DNA of 63,192 nt, the filler included, from Octopus bimaculoides (taxonomy: Eukaryota): NCBI RefSeq assembly GCF_001194135.2. It is 10 parts of 7 records of this genome, joined end to end, with 100 filler letters (N's around TTAATTAATTAA, not from the genome) between each part and the next. Parts side by side here need not be neighbours in the genome. Positions count along the whole stretch, not along the records: positions 1 to 3,572 come from NC_068992.1; positions 3,673 to 6,029 come from NC_068991.1; positions 6,130 to 31,656 come from NC_068985.1; 7 more parts are not named here. One strand, written 5' to 3'. Below are positions 1-11,992 of this stretch, in pieces (position 1 is the first letter of the stretch; every line of letters begins with the position of its first letter). The notes below the pieces were generated by a model. It saw only the letters and a program-made list of their open reading frames with translations, had not been told where the DNA came from and searched no databases. The position numbers and the translations under genes are program-made.

Positions 1-407
1 AATCACAGATATCAGTATATATCAGAATCTATTTATATGTGTGTCTGTATGTGTGTGTGTCTGTGAGTGTATGTATATATTTATGTATGCATTTATGTAT
101 GTGTGAATATGAGTATCAGGTGTCTACGCCTACGTATGCGATAAGAATATATGCATATATTAACGCTTGCATATGTACAAGTGTGTACGTATCTGTTTAT
201 CAACGTATACGATTCTGCTTTTTGTACGTATGAGGTATGTGTGTGTATGTGTGTGTGTGCGAGTGTGTGTATGCACGAGACGTATTTATGTAGTTTGTTT
301 CTTTTTTAAGGAAATCTGATAAAATTGTCACAACTTATATTCTGTTTAATTCTCTTCAGAAATATTTTAAATAACACAACTTGACGTTTATTATGAGATG
401 AAATAAA

Positions 408-409
<2 letters not shown>

Positions 410-462
<53 letters not shown>

Positions 463-870
463 TAATAATAATAATAATAACAACACTAATCTTATCTTTA
501 TTCGCCACTATGGCCGAACACAAAACAAATGCAAACAATACAACACAAGAGACAAGTGGGGCCTTACACAAAATTCGTGCATAAAATAAACAACAAAAAT
601 TAACAAACATTCAGCAATAAAACTCTCCAAAAGTGGAGAGGGTTCCACCTACGTACAATCAAGGAACCCCATGCGTCATGGTCACCTCCGCCACCAACAG
701 CGTTTCTGCAGGTGCCGTTCTTCATCACAACACTTCCGGTTTAACAGCGTATGTTCAGAGTAGACCTCTTCACAGGGGCCATCTGCGCCCTTTTCACCCA
801 CCTTTCAGCCAAAATACTGAGAGGCAACAATTCTTTCTCATGTTTACGAATCCTTACCCACGGCATGCCT
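410..870 (-). mobile_element. 3' end of an L1/Tx1-like LINE (ORF2 C-terminus, 3' UTR, AATAAA, (ATT)n tail)
   Basis: Minus-strand peptide RIRKHEKELLPLSILAERWVKRAQMAPV resembles Tx1 ORF2 C-termini (ER/K..L....F..RW). It is followed by a GT-rich UTR, GCGAATAAAG and an (ATT)n tail at ~410-483. Same strand as the RT fragment at 1197-1645. Confidence 0.6.
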
Positions 871-895
871 AGTCCTTTACTTAGCGGCTGTTGAT

Positions 896-1184
896 AAACA
901 TCTTCATCAAACATCTTCATCAAACATTTCCATCAAATATTTTCATGAAAGATATTCAAGGGACATTTTCTTCCATCATTTTCTTAAAACATTTTAATCA
1001 AACATATTTAACGAAAAATTTGATCAAACATGTTCATCAAATATTTTCGTCAAACATTTTCATCTGACATTTTCATCAAACATTTACATGAAACATTCAT
1101 TTGATATTTTCATGAAACAATTGCAAAATGTTTGATGGAAATGTTCGTTGGAAATGTTCGTTGAAAATGTTAGATGGAAATATC
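896..1184. repeat. Degenerate 13-bp minisatellite (AAACATTTTCATC) that inverts orientation at ~1123
   Basis: About 17 forward units (896-1120), then 4-5 reverse-complement units (GATGGAAATGTT-like, 1126-1184). Confidence 0.8.
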
Positions 1185-1196
1185 AGATATCTTATG

Positions 1197-1645
1197 GATG
1201 CGATGTACGCGTTCACCACCTCCAGTCGACTTAGGGATAGCTTCCTCTTGGCCTATTGCTGGGTGAGAGTGGCCACCCTAATCGTTATTTCGCCCCAGTT
1301 CTTCTCCATTTGGAGATCCTGACCGAACCAGATTTCGAGCAATTTANNNNNNNNNNCTAATCGTTATTTCGCCCCAGTTCTTCTCCATTTGGAGATCCTG
1401 ACCGAACCAGATTTCGAGCAATTTAACCGGTCTGTCGGCCCAGCGTCCCACGATGGAGACGCTGTTGCACGGAATGGGCTTGCTTCTCCAGGTGCCGAGC
1501 CGTAAGCCCACTGACTTTTCCCGGTTAAATTTGCTCCCGTTACCGCTTAGTATTCTTTTAGTTTCTCGCCGACCAGATCAATGTTCTTGCGGCTCAACGC
1601 TATGACAGTGACGTCGTCCGCGTATGCAGACGCGCTCCCACTACT
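1197..1645 (-). mobile_element. L1/Tx1-like reverse transcriptase fragment (decayed)
   Basis: Minus-strand translation SAYADDVTVIALSRKNIDLVGEKLKEY*...VGLRLGTWRSKP...VGRWADRPVKLLEIWFGQDLQMEKNWGEITIRVATLTQQ*AKRKLSL...VVNAYIAS. Contains the YADD catalytic motif, with stops and a frameshift. Confidence 0.88.
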
Positions 1646-1651
1646 TCCCAG

Positions 1652-1784
1652 CTCACTTCCAAGGCTTTGATCGGCCCGAGATATACTAAAAGACACATGC
1701 CCATCCTGTCACGCAGTGGACCTGAACCCAGAACCATGTGGTTGGGAAGCAAGCTACTTACCACACAGCTACTCCTGCGCCTAT
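1652..1784 (-). mobile_element. tRNA-derived CORE-like SINE, 5' half (family A)
   Basis: Reverse complement of the head GGCGCAGGAGTAGCTGTGTGGTAAGTAGCTTGCTTCCCAACCACATGGTTCTGGGTTCAG; matches copies at 42885, 45827 and 58991. Confidence 0.85.
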
Positions 1785-2279
1785 ACATACATGTATATAT
1801 ATATATATATATGTACAAGCATATACATACATATACAAGTACAAGTGTGTGTATGTGTGTGCGTGCGTGTGTGTCCGTGTGTGCACACAATCAAGTGCTC
1901 ACTGGTGGGAAGCATAATGAAGCGAAACACGTAAATTATAATAAAACAACGCTGTGTCATTAATGAGTCTATGTGATTCGCTAATTGGAGTTTCTCGTTG
2001 TAGGAAAGCAGGAAACTAATTATTGATGATTTTAATAGTGACTTCAACTGAACCAGTTGACAGTTGCTGAACCTAGATAATGGAAGTATGTACAGTGTAT
2101 GTGTTAATCTAGAAAGATAGGAATAGTTTGATATTTATTGGTGTGGCAAAGCGAGACTAACAAAAGAAGTTACGTTATGTAGTTATGAGAAGCCAAATAT
2201 CGGTCAGAAAAATCAAGATTTGAAGATGAAGTACCAAGAGGAGAGGAATGTGTACGAGGGAGCATTTGAAATTGAAAGA

Positions 2280-2990
2280 GGAGGTGAAAATGAAGAGAAA
2301 AACAAGAAGCTGAAGAGGGGCATGAGCGGGGGCAGGAGAATGAGAAGAAGAAGAAGAAGAAGAAGAAGAAGAAGAAGAAGAAGAAGAAGAAGAAGAAGAA
2401 GAAAAAGAAGAAGAAGAAGAAGAAATGGAAGAAAGAGAAAAAGAAGAAAAAGAAGACGACGAAGAAGAAGAAAGNNNNNNNNNNNNNNNNNNNNNNNNNN
2501 NNNNNNNNNNNNNNNNNNNNNNNNNNNNNNNNNNNNNNNNNNNNNNNNNNNNNNNNNNNNNNNNNNNNNNNNNNNNNNNNNNNNNNNNNNNNNNNNNNNN
2601 NNNNNNNNNNNNNNNNNNNNNAGAAGAAGAAGAAGAAGAAGAAGAAGAAGAAGAAGAAGAAGAAGAAGAAGAAGAAAAAGAAGAAGGAAAAAAGAAAAAA
2701 AAGAAGTCAACGAAGAAGATGAAGGGAAAGAAGGAGAAGACGACGACGACAAAGAAGGGGAAGAAAAAGAAGAACAAGAACAAGAAGAAGGGGAACAACA
2801 ACAACAAGAAAATGAATAAGAAAAATCAACAAAACAACAACGAGTAAAGGAAAAGAGGAAGGGAGGAAGGAAAAGGGGAGGGTCAGAAGGGAGGATTGAA
2901 GCAAGAGGGCGACGATGACAATGATGATACTGATGACGATGAGGACAAGAAGAAGAAGTGGAAGAAGAAGGAGAATCATTTAGAATTTTA
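2280..2990. repeat. (AGA)n microsatellite and purine-rich low-complexity tract spanning a gap
   Basis: Pure AGA runs at 2343-2400 and 2622-2675 with degenerate flanks; source of the poly-R/E/S/L ORFs. Confidence 0.95.
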
Positions 2991-3536
2991 AGAAGAAAAG
3001 GAAGAAAAAGAATAAATATGTGAGACTTAGATGAGACATAAGAGGAATAGAGAATAGTACCAAGAATGGCTCCCACGCATGCACTTGTACGCATGCGCTG
3101 ATACGTAACTCTTTGCTACATATACACATTTGTATATAAGTACTTAATATAAAAGTGAAAAACATCAGCGCAATCAGAAACATGAACATGCTTGATGACA
3201 ACAACACTCAAGAAAAAAAAAAAAAACCTGCAGTAGATTGAATATGTGACACTTGGCATTTAAAACAAGTGTGCAGAGACTGCGTAGAAATATTCTCATA
3301 TTGTCAGGTGATTCAATCAGAGAGACTTGGCTCTCTGTATATATTGAAACAAAAATATTCTGAACTCATTTTCAATCGCCTGAGGATCGGGTACAGGAAA
3401 ACGAAGTAGGAACTCACGCAGAATCAGGTTTCTGCTTTATGCGCATGCGTGTCCGTGTGTGTGTTTGTGTATGCGTGAGGGCGCCCATGTGTGTGTATGC
3501 GTGTGAATATGTCTGTGTATGTTTATGTACACACAC

Positions 3537-3567
<31 letters not shown>

Positions 3568-3672
3568 TATGTNNNNNNNNNNNNNNNNNNNNNNNNNNNN
3601 NNNNNNNNNNNNNNNNTTAATTAATTAANNNNNNNNNNNNNNNNNNNNNNNNNNNNNNNNNNNNNNNNNNNN

Positions 3673-3794
3673 AACGCCAACCACTCCGAGAGTGTAGTGG
3701 GTGCTTTTACGTGTCACCCACACGAAGGCCAGTCAGGAGGTACTGGCAACGGCCACGCTCGAAATGGTGTATTTTACGTGCCACCTGCACAGGT
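3673..3794 (-). mobile_element. RTE LINE 3' UTR fragment (family D)
   Basis: AACGCCAACCACTCCGAGAGTGTAGTGGGTGCTTTTACGTGTCACC is near-identical to 57114-57160; carries one hairpin unit GCCAGTCAGGAGGTACTGGC. Confidence 0.8.
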
Positions 3795-3821
3795 GAATGT
3801 TAAAGATATAATTATACTTAC

Positions 3822-4026
3822 ACAAAATATTTTCCACTTGTATTTCCTAAGGCATCTTCAAGAGCACAAAACATTATTGTGTTGATTCCATCTTCTGGTT
3901 TCTTGAACATGTACCATATAAATGGTGAAAAACACAAATTGATAAAAGAATGTGCACGGAAAGGCGTATGGCGGTGTAAATTGGTGTTTACAATTCCTGG
4001 ATTCATACAGTTAACGATCACTGTAC
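3822..4026 (-). CDS. Internal (penultimate-type) coding exon of a retinol dehydrogenase 11/12/13/14-like short-chain dehydrogenase/reductase
   Basis: Stop-free translation (G)TVIVNCMNPGIVNTNLHRHTPFRAHSFINLCFSPFIWYMFKKPEDGINTIMFCALEDALGNTSGKYFV matches the RDH C-terminal pattern V.S.HPG.V.T.L.RH...P..W..FKTP..GA.T.I.CA....L...SGKYF. Strong donor GT|GTAAGTAT at 3821. Phase 1 start and phase 2 end agree with the RDH11/12 exon boundaries as I recall them. Acceptor is uncertain (4026 or 4020). Confidence 0.85.
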
Positions 4027-4029
4027 CTT

Positions 4030-4250
4030 TATGTCAGTGTTTTCCTCCCACCACATCTTGATAATTGGTGTTGGTATGTTTATGCCCCTGTTATGTAGCA
4101 GTTGGGCAAAAAGAGACCGATAAAGTAAGTACAAGCTTAAAATAAAAATAAGGATTAGGGTCAATTAGTTGGACTAGAATGCTTCAAGGCAGTGCCCCAG
4201 CATGGCCGCAGTCTGATGACTGAAACAATTAAAAGATAAAAAGTAAAAGA
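4030..4250 (+). mobile_element. SINE family A, 3' half (5'-truncated)
   Basis: GGCAAAAAGAGACCGATAAAGTAAGTAC...CAGCATGGCCGCAGTCTGATGACTGAAACAATTAAAAG; homologous to 52841-53036 and, reversed, to 12397-12511 and 39547-39710. Confidence 0.8.
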
Positions 4251-4285
4251 TATAGATATACATATATATACAAATACACACACAT

Positions 4286-4316
<31 letters not shown>

Positions 4317-4422
4317 ATTAAGCACATAGGTGCAAAACAAGGGGGTAAAAAAATAGCACTTGAATACCAATAAGTCAGAGCAAAAGATTAAGTTTCTTTT
4401 GGCTTTGACAAAATAGCATATA

Positions 4423-4514
<92 letters not shown>

Positions 4515-4799
4515 TAAACATAATAAAGAATGGAGAATTATACATCTTTAATTCAAATTTTCCAAGTAGAGTACAAATTCCAATCCAAAGATTGACATTC
4601 TTATAAAACAATTTCAAGGAGTTCCCCATACAGGTAGATGAAGTAAGGTATCTACCTAGATTTAAAACCCCTATTCTTTTGTGTATGTGTGTGTGTATGT
4701 GTATACATATACATATTATATATGTATGTATATATGTATATAAACAAATACTTGGGTATCCCTCCAAGATTCAATTCAATTGCCCTGTACATAAAATTT

Positions 4800-5390
4800 G
4801 GACAGTTCCAACTTCAAGGTTAGAAAATGTAGAGTTGTAATGATATACAGGAACTGAGCATGTCAGACATGCAGGTATCACCACAAAGTCTGGACACTTC
4901 TAATGCCAACAAGCCTACACAGATTGGGTTTGAAAGGGGGCTGGCTTTGTAGATTTTGTGGGGAAAGTGACACTTTGGTACACATTTTGTCAGGGTGTGA
5001 AGCAACACTTACGCAGGTGGGAAATAAGTGGTACCATTGTAACATGCTAGCAACACTTGCTCACCCTCTATAGCAAGAAAGCCTCAAAACACACCATCAG
5101 CAGGGGTAAAACAACAGCAGCAGTCAAGTTCATAAAGGAGGGAGGAAAACTGATGAGGACAGTAAAAAGGACAAATAGTCTACTACAAGTGGTCCAATCA
5201 TATGTCATCAAGAGTAATGTCCCTTGAATCAACGCAGCAACCAAGTTATGCGATCGTTCATATTGTTTACCCAGGAAAGAGGGGTTTTCTGCCCCAGGGG
5301 CCCCATTACTCAGTATGTGAACATTTTTTAAGAGTCTAAAACCATATCTGGAACATAAGTAACGTATGTTCCCAGTTTGGAGAAAATCAG
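4800..5390 (+). mobile_element. Hero-like (R2-group, RLE) non-LTR retrotransposon C-terminal fragment: CCHC knuckle and start of endonuclease
   Basis: From 4888: VWTLLMPTSLHRLGLKGGWLCRFCGESDTLVHILSGCEATLTQVGNKWYHCNMLATLAHPL*, then KFIKEGGK...KRTNSLLQ. Fits the pattern LP.P.NL.RWG...C..C....TL.HILSGC..AL.QGRY.WRH..VL..LA. Confidence 0.75.
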
Positions 5391-5539
5391 TTGTAAACTT
5401 CAGAAGTTCTGTGTGTTTACACACACACACACACACACACATCTTCAGTTTTATATATATATATATACAAATGTAGATAGAGCCATAAGAACTGAGCCAA
5501 CTCTGTCTAGCTGGATGGGGGAGGGGCAGGGGTTCCCAA

Positions 5540-5760
5540 TAAGATCTGACATAGACTATGTTGACCTCCTTCAACCCATGCCAGCATGAAAAGCAGGAGT
5601 AAAACTATGACAAAGATGAGCATGAGGATGATGATGATGATAATGAGAACAACAATAAAGATGACAATAGTAATGATGACAATAATTATTATGACAACAA
5701 CAATGATAATGATAACGATAACAGCAGTAACAATAATGACGATGATGATGACAACAATAG
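5540..5760 (+). mobile_element. RTE 3' terminus (family D) with degenerate (ATG/ATA/ACA)n tail
   Basis: CAACCCATGCCAGCATGAAAAGC matches the reverse complement of 56990-57022; followed by a trinucleotide-derived tract. Confidence 0.6.
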
Positions 5761-6776
5761 TGTTATGTTTCCCTCGGGTGACTCGTAGAGATAACATAAC
5801 GAGTTATACAATTTAATTATTACATTTATTGTTCAATTACATACAAAGAACGCACTCACCCAATGTTCGTTATGAATAAACAAAAGTCATGTCCGCCATA
5901 TATATATCAATGACATTTTACTACGACAGTCCCACAAGACAACAACAATGAAACAATGAACTCAGACGAACCACATGACACACGGAACGTCAGACGAATT
6001 ACATATCTAACAGTCCATATAACAAATAGNNNNNNNNNNNNNNNNNNNNNNNNNNNNNNNNNNNNNNNNNNNNTTAATTAATTAANNNNNNNNNNNNNNN
6101 NNNNNNNNNNNNNNNNNNNNNNNNNNNNNGGGAAATACTTTGTTTTGATTATGATGTGTGTAGGCTGTTCAAGGTGTGTGTGGTTGACGTTTTAGACAGT
6201 AGTAAGGAGCTGACAGTGAGCAATTTCCCTTTGTGATCCGAATTTTGAAATAACAAGATGTATCGTATAATGTCTCGCAAGCACGTTAATGCAAAAGTTC
6301 GTCGTAAGCGTCCCTAAATCTACAATGATTACCCACAAAATAAAACAATAACTGCCACAAGCTACATATCAGCATCATCCCTACCTTCACCGCCATTTAC
6401 TATTATCATTATTTCTTGCCTGTATTTTTTATGCCATCCTGTTTTCTCTGTCTTTTAACTTCTTTCTTTACGTTGAGTGTCTTATCTTAGCATGATTCAA
6501 AGCGTTGATATGTATGAAAGTTTGTCGTATTCCTATAATCTACAACACTGTTAACATTATTACTCGCCGTTTCAATGAATGGTTACTTAATATCTCGGAT
6601 GTATTCGGGAAAAACCAATGAGCATAAGACTCATGCAATGCATGTTGCCCATGTAATTGTCCCTTTTAAAAGTGATTGGTTCCATTCATTTACAATTCTC
6701 TATGATGGTGTAAGTTGTAAGTTGCGTTGCCTGCCTTGCGAAACACTCTTCACATGTGAAACACATACTTAACGAG

Positions 6777-6982
6777 TACGAGGGGGTGCTGAAAAGTTCC
6801 TGGCTTTGGGCAAAAGAAAATACAGGAGTATCAGCTAATTAGGATTATATTGAACATATTTCCCTCTTAGATTCACACACTTCCGTTTTGCTTAGCTCTG
6901 TAACAGAGATCGGACTGTTGGGCCTCCAGCCAGGCCCTTCATGATATCCTTAAAGCCAGGAACTTTTCAGCACATCCTCGTA
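6777..6982. mobile_element. Tc1/mariner-type MITE with 29-bp TIRs and TA target duplication
   Basis: Left TA-CGAGGGGGTGCTGAAAAGTTCCTGGCTTT (6779-6807); right AAAGCCAGGAACTTTTCAGCACATCCTCG-TA (6952-6980). Two mismatches, 202-bp interior, no ORF. Confidence 0.92.
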
Positions 6983-9900
6983 CTTTCATACTTATATATA
7001 TATATATATGTATGCATATATGAACACATGCATCCACCAACCCAAACACACACACACACACACAAGCACACATTTATATACACACATACACACTTACATA
7101 GAAATGTATAAATTTCTAATTTATCAGAAATAGTTTATCGGGACAAAATGAAATATGGATGAATGGAAGTTGAGCTCACAAGCGTTGATACCAACTATAT
7201 TTGACTTATTTAGGGTATACCCTATGACTGTGTATGTTCAGCAGGCATAAGAAATCTGTGGAGGCTAAGGTTATGTCAAATGCCGTGTCAAATATGCATT
7301 CTATTACTTAACGCATGTTTCATCTAGTACTGAAATGAGATTCCCAAACTCTTATATTAGACAACTTCATTGTCTTTCATATTCCCTATGTAATGTCAAA
7401 AAACTGTTTATATTTTCTTGTTGATATATCTCAAGGAAACGTGTGGTTGACATATCGCATATCGAACTTGCATTATTCCTAAGTAATAGTTACTATTAAT
7501 TGATCCGTTTACTATCCAATATGTAAATGTAACAAGTTATTTTCATATATTTGTTATTCAATGTTGCAAGAATGTTTAAAGAGCATGCAGAAGTGAGACC
7601 TTAAATCAATTTTTATCGATGCTTGTGTTTAGATGGTTGTGCGTTGTTACTTATACAAGTTACGAATGAAAGTTTATGTTCTCGTTTCACTATTCAAATA
7701 AACACATGAAAGCACTAAATCTATTTGTGGTCAATAAATCTGATTCCATATAACATCTAATAGACCCCCGACCCCGCTCATTCATCACACATTATAACAA
7801 CTGAAATAATTTCAAATATAACTAACTTAAATTCTTTTGAGCTCATACATTTTGTACCTACATTTAAAATTTTCTTTGCTTTACATCTATTTCTACGTAC
7901 TTATTAGTAAGATTTATTGATATTATGAAAGTTTCCACTCAGCTTTTATAAATGAAGCAGCTGAGAATTATTAGACTACTTAAAGTGTATGCACCATAAT
8001 ATGTGTCTATGAGCATATTTATATTTATTTATTTTATTGCTTAATCTTCATGTCGTCATCTTTAATTGTGACGACTTATGGCCCATGTTAATGCTATATA
8101 ATAATGGCTTCAGTAATTGGATGGAATAATGTGGCAATCAATTTAACATAAATAAGTTTATATCATAATTTTATGTGATTCCTTAAAAAATAGCTGTCAG
8201 TATTCCTGGAATTTATCTCCTACACATTTAGTTCAAACACCCAGGTTACTAAGCATCTTCATTGCCATTTACATATGTGATGAAATGACTTGTACAAAAG
8301 GATTGCGTAAGGTTTGTCATATATGGTAATTAAATAATTGTCGAGGAATGCACGTAAGGTTGTTATAAATATCACAGAACTGCCAGCCTTGTTTTATATA
8401 TACATATATATGCGCACGTACGTATATGCACAAACATATATGAATGCATGTGTATTTGTCTAACTGCATAAGTTTATATGAGATCTTAAGCAGTGATGTG
8501 CTATTGGTGGACCAATAAGTAAGTATATTTTGTGCATGTTTGGATCATCAATAACTATATCAAAATACCTACATAGATTATTGACAATAGTGGAGGACTT
8601 CTGAATAATTTGTAGTATGAAAAGCATAACATACCACAAGTTTCTTGATGGTCACAATGTGTATATAGTTATGTGCATGTATATGTGTATGTAAATTCAT
8701 ATTCAAGCTTTCAAAGTAAGTAGTGTCTGGATAGCTTGCCCTCACCCATGGTTTTGCTTATTGTCTGTTTAGAGGCTTCAAAAATTTTGCCAGGGCTTGA
8801 AACTTTTATCAGGCATTTATATTCAGACTTAGAAAAGTCAGAAAATCCAGTGTAAACCATTTAATGCACTGTATACTACAAAGATAATATTGTTATAAAT
8901 ATATAAAAATAAGTAGGATCGTCATGCAAGAAATGCTACGGTTGTAGGTGTACTTCATCATATTTGCACTGGAGCACAGCAACAGTATGTGTTTCATGAA
9001 TTAGTATTGAATTCTGTTATTCGAAATGGATAAAAGAAGAGAACACTTATTTAAATGATGAAAATTCGCAATTTTCGCATGTATAAGAATATGGGCTGAG
9101 TTAAAATAGATCTAACTTAATGAATCTACTTTTAAATCATGTTCTATTCATAGAGTTACGATGGATAAAGAATAATCATTTGCGTTTCATTCACATACTA
9201 GATTATGTTTTCTCAGAAACACACAATAGACATTTGAAAATGTACGGCAAACTTACAATTTATATAATCTTCTACAGTCCCTAAGTAACTACTCATTAAT
9301 GAAAAAGAATATCTTTGCAATATTTTCGTTTTAAAGTGAATATATATGTAGGGTTTTGTACATAGCAATATCCTCTTTGATGACCCACGAAAGGAAATCA
9401 TTTTAGAAGTAAAGTAAATAATAAGAATATATAGAAAAGAAAGGAATGATGCTTATATACCAATAGAAAATCCCTTTCTAGCATGACATCTCTTTTCGAT
9501 ACTTGAAATATTTTTCATTGAGAATGAAAATCTTTGAAGCTGAAATCCCTTGTAATTCCATATGCTTTCGCAAATGTAACTAATCAGATGCGGATATTAT
9601 TTTCTGATTGAATCATATCAAGAAATAATGTCTTTTAGTGTGTGTTTCATGTAGAAAAAAAAAGAAATTAGTGTATATCGTTTTAGGTTACGCAAGGACA
9701 CAGCTTCACCTTTACTGATGTTCGACACCAGATCAGTCCTGATGTAGCAAACCTATAAACAAACTTGTTTCCTCCTTTACTATCTGACGTTTCTTCATAT
9801 AATGTATGCCATTGTTTTCTAAGTCTTTTTAGCATCATTTCACAGCTATTTGGTTATTATTTCTAGCTGCTAATTTGACAACCAATTTAACATTCGCGTT

Positions 9901-11942
9901 GTTTCAAAGGAAATGATCTTGGGTCGTTGTTGGTGCTTTTATAGTTTTGCTGAGAGTCAAGGCATGACCAACTCCTATTACATTCGGGTGTATTGTCGGT
10001 AAACTAAACTATCGTAATGTGACTTTATTTTACAAATATTGATTGTCATTCGATGGAAACCAAATAGCATGCCATAGGATCTCTCGAGTAGTTTGGAAAT
10101 GTTTGGTGATGATATAGGCGGGGGGGGATTATATTACTTCTAAAGTATACTGAGGATAGACATTTAGCAGGATAGCAAGAAAAGGGAAATAAGCAAAGGG
10201 TAAGAAAACGTATGTTAGCTAAGATTTCTAAATCAGAGAGGAAATATTTGTAAGAATAACGATTGCGGCGGTGGACTAATTTGTTTAATATCTCTTTCTG
10301 ATCGTCCGGTATATTTAGAAGAGATCATTATGCTTCATGTACTCGAGTCAGGTCCTTGGTATGATGATGATCAATTACGAGTGATTCTAACTACTTAATT
10401 TACAAAAACACTAGAGACCATAGTGAAAGGTCAAAAGATTATGTATGACACTTGGAAGTAAACCATCAAAAATGAAATGAAGAGGGACATTATGGTTTAT
10501 GAAGGCGTTACAACAATTGAGAGAGAAGATATAAGGTAAAAGATAAGAAAATTGTGGTGAATAAATAAAGGTATTACGTAAAGAGTTTAATGAAAATAAC
10601 AATTAAAATACATAAATCAGTTAAAGTGATAAAGTATACGACACAGAAACGAAATAAGGTGTGAAAGATAAAAAGAGGGAATTAGATAATTCCAGGGTGA
10701 ATGATAGTAGCAGAATGAGGAGAAGAAAAGGCAAGGTAAAAAAGCAAAATAGAAAGACAGGAATGGAGAAACTTGGAAAGAGATAAGGAAAAATTTGTTC
10801 GAGATGAAGAATAAATTGAAACATGGACATTTTCAGAAATAAACATGAAAAAAAAAAAAAAAGAGTGAGGCTACGAGGAACAATAAGCGAAAATATGAGT
10901 GAATATGTGTATTTAGTTTTGCGTGGATGTTTGTGCTGACGATGGAAAGATAGGAAAATATTTGTGTAGTTAAGAAAAAACAGACAAAAGAATGGTTTTT
11001 GCTTTTTAAAAATATAACGGTTGAAGTTCTCTGCTCGAAAATGGAAGTAGGTAAACAAGGAGGGACACTAAAGTAACAGTAAAAGTGTGATACAGCAAAT
11101 GATAAAATAAAGAGATGAGTGTGTGAAACGTTTGTGCAATGGGAGAAAAGTGAATGGCTGACAGAGTATAGGCGACAGCTTGTGTCAATGTTTCAGAATA
11201 AAGAAGAGAAAAAAAAAAAAGATGTGAAGGATAATGAATAAAGAATGCTTCCCGAAAAAGTTAAGAACGCACGACAGATTTGTGTAACAAAAAACATCTG
11301 ATTCTATGTATATAGTTCAGCAGATATCATGATGGGTGGGAAGCTATTTTGACCCACTTCATACAATATGTGTTGGCTGTAATCATTACCGCAGTTTACA
11401 TCTGCTTTTTTCCTCTTCAAAAATAACACTCTTATCAGGATAAAGAGAACAGGAAAAAACCCTTCTAATCTTTGCATCAGAATGTTCTGGCATTCCTCAG
11501 ATATATTCAATACACTTCATTGTCTGTTCGTTCCTAGAAATAAATTTCGATCTTTTCAAATAATAGGGGTAGTCTATCCGATTAAACTTGGAGATTATCT
11601 TGGTTTCCGAAAAATGTTAAGGCCGCAGAATTTTATATCGCAACTGACATTGTAATATTGAAGTATGGGGCATGGTATCTGCGCGCGCATGCGTGTGGTT
11701 GTATGTGTACACGTCTATTTGTGTATATATGCGTGCATCTGTGCCTGTGTGTCTGTCTGTCCGTCTGCACATACTTATTAGGGGTACACATTTGTCTGAA
11801 TGTGTCTATATTAATTTGAAATGTATCCTATGTATGTGGAACGTAATAAGATAATCCTTTGTATGAGCAAGTGTGCATACACACACACACAAACACACAT
11901 ATATACGCACATACATACTTACATATATTAAAAAAATAAATG

Positions 11943-11992
<50 letters not shown>

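Noticed and set aside
1278-1425. Exact 69-bp duplication flanking a 10-N gap
   Set aside because: Identical sequence on both sides of a gap is an unmerged contig overlap.
1781-2072. Possible RDH terminal exon (TTATCTAG|G TTC AGC AAC TGT, giving V-FSNCQLVQLK)
   Set aside because: The phase fits, but it lacks the conserved A..LW..S motif and runs into SINE/microsatellite sequence.
2175-3094. Poly-R/E/S/L ORFs and the many [12 protein letters not shown] ORFs across the window
   Set aside because: Translations of (AGA)n, (TA)n, (TG)n, (CA)n tracts or read-through of N-gaps.
3617-3628. TTAATTAATTAA recurring inside N-runs (also 6074, 31701, 44565, 46929, 48313, 49693, 56181, 60706)
   Set aside because: Always 44 N + 12 bp + 44 N = 100 bp. 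It is an artificial scaffolding spacer with stops in all six frames, not biology.
5760-6029. TGTTATG-starting segment resembling an LTR end
   Set aside because: No second LTR, PBS/PPT or TSD is visible, and it is cut by a gap.
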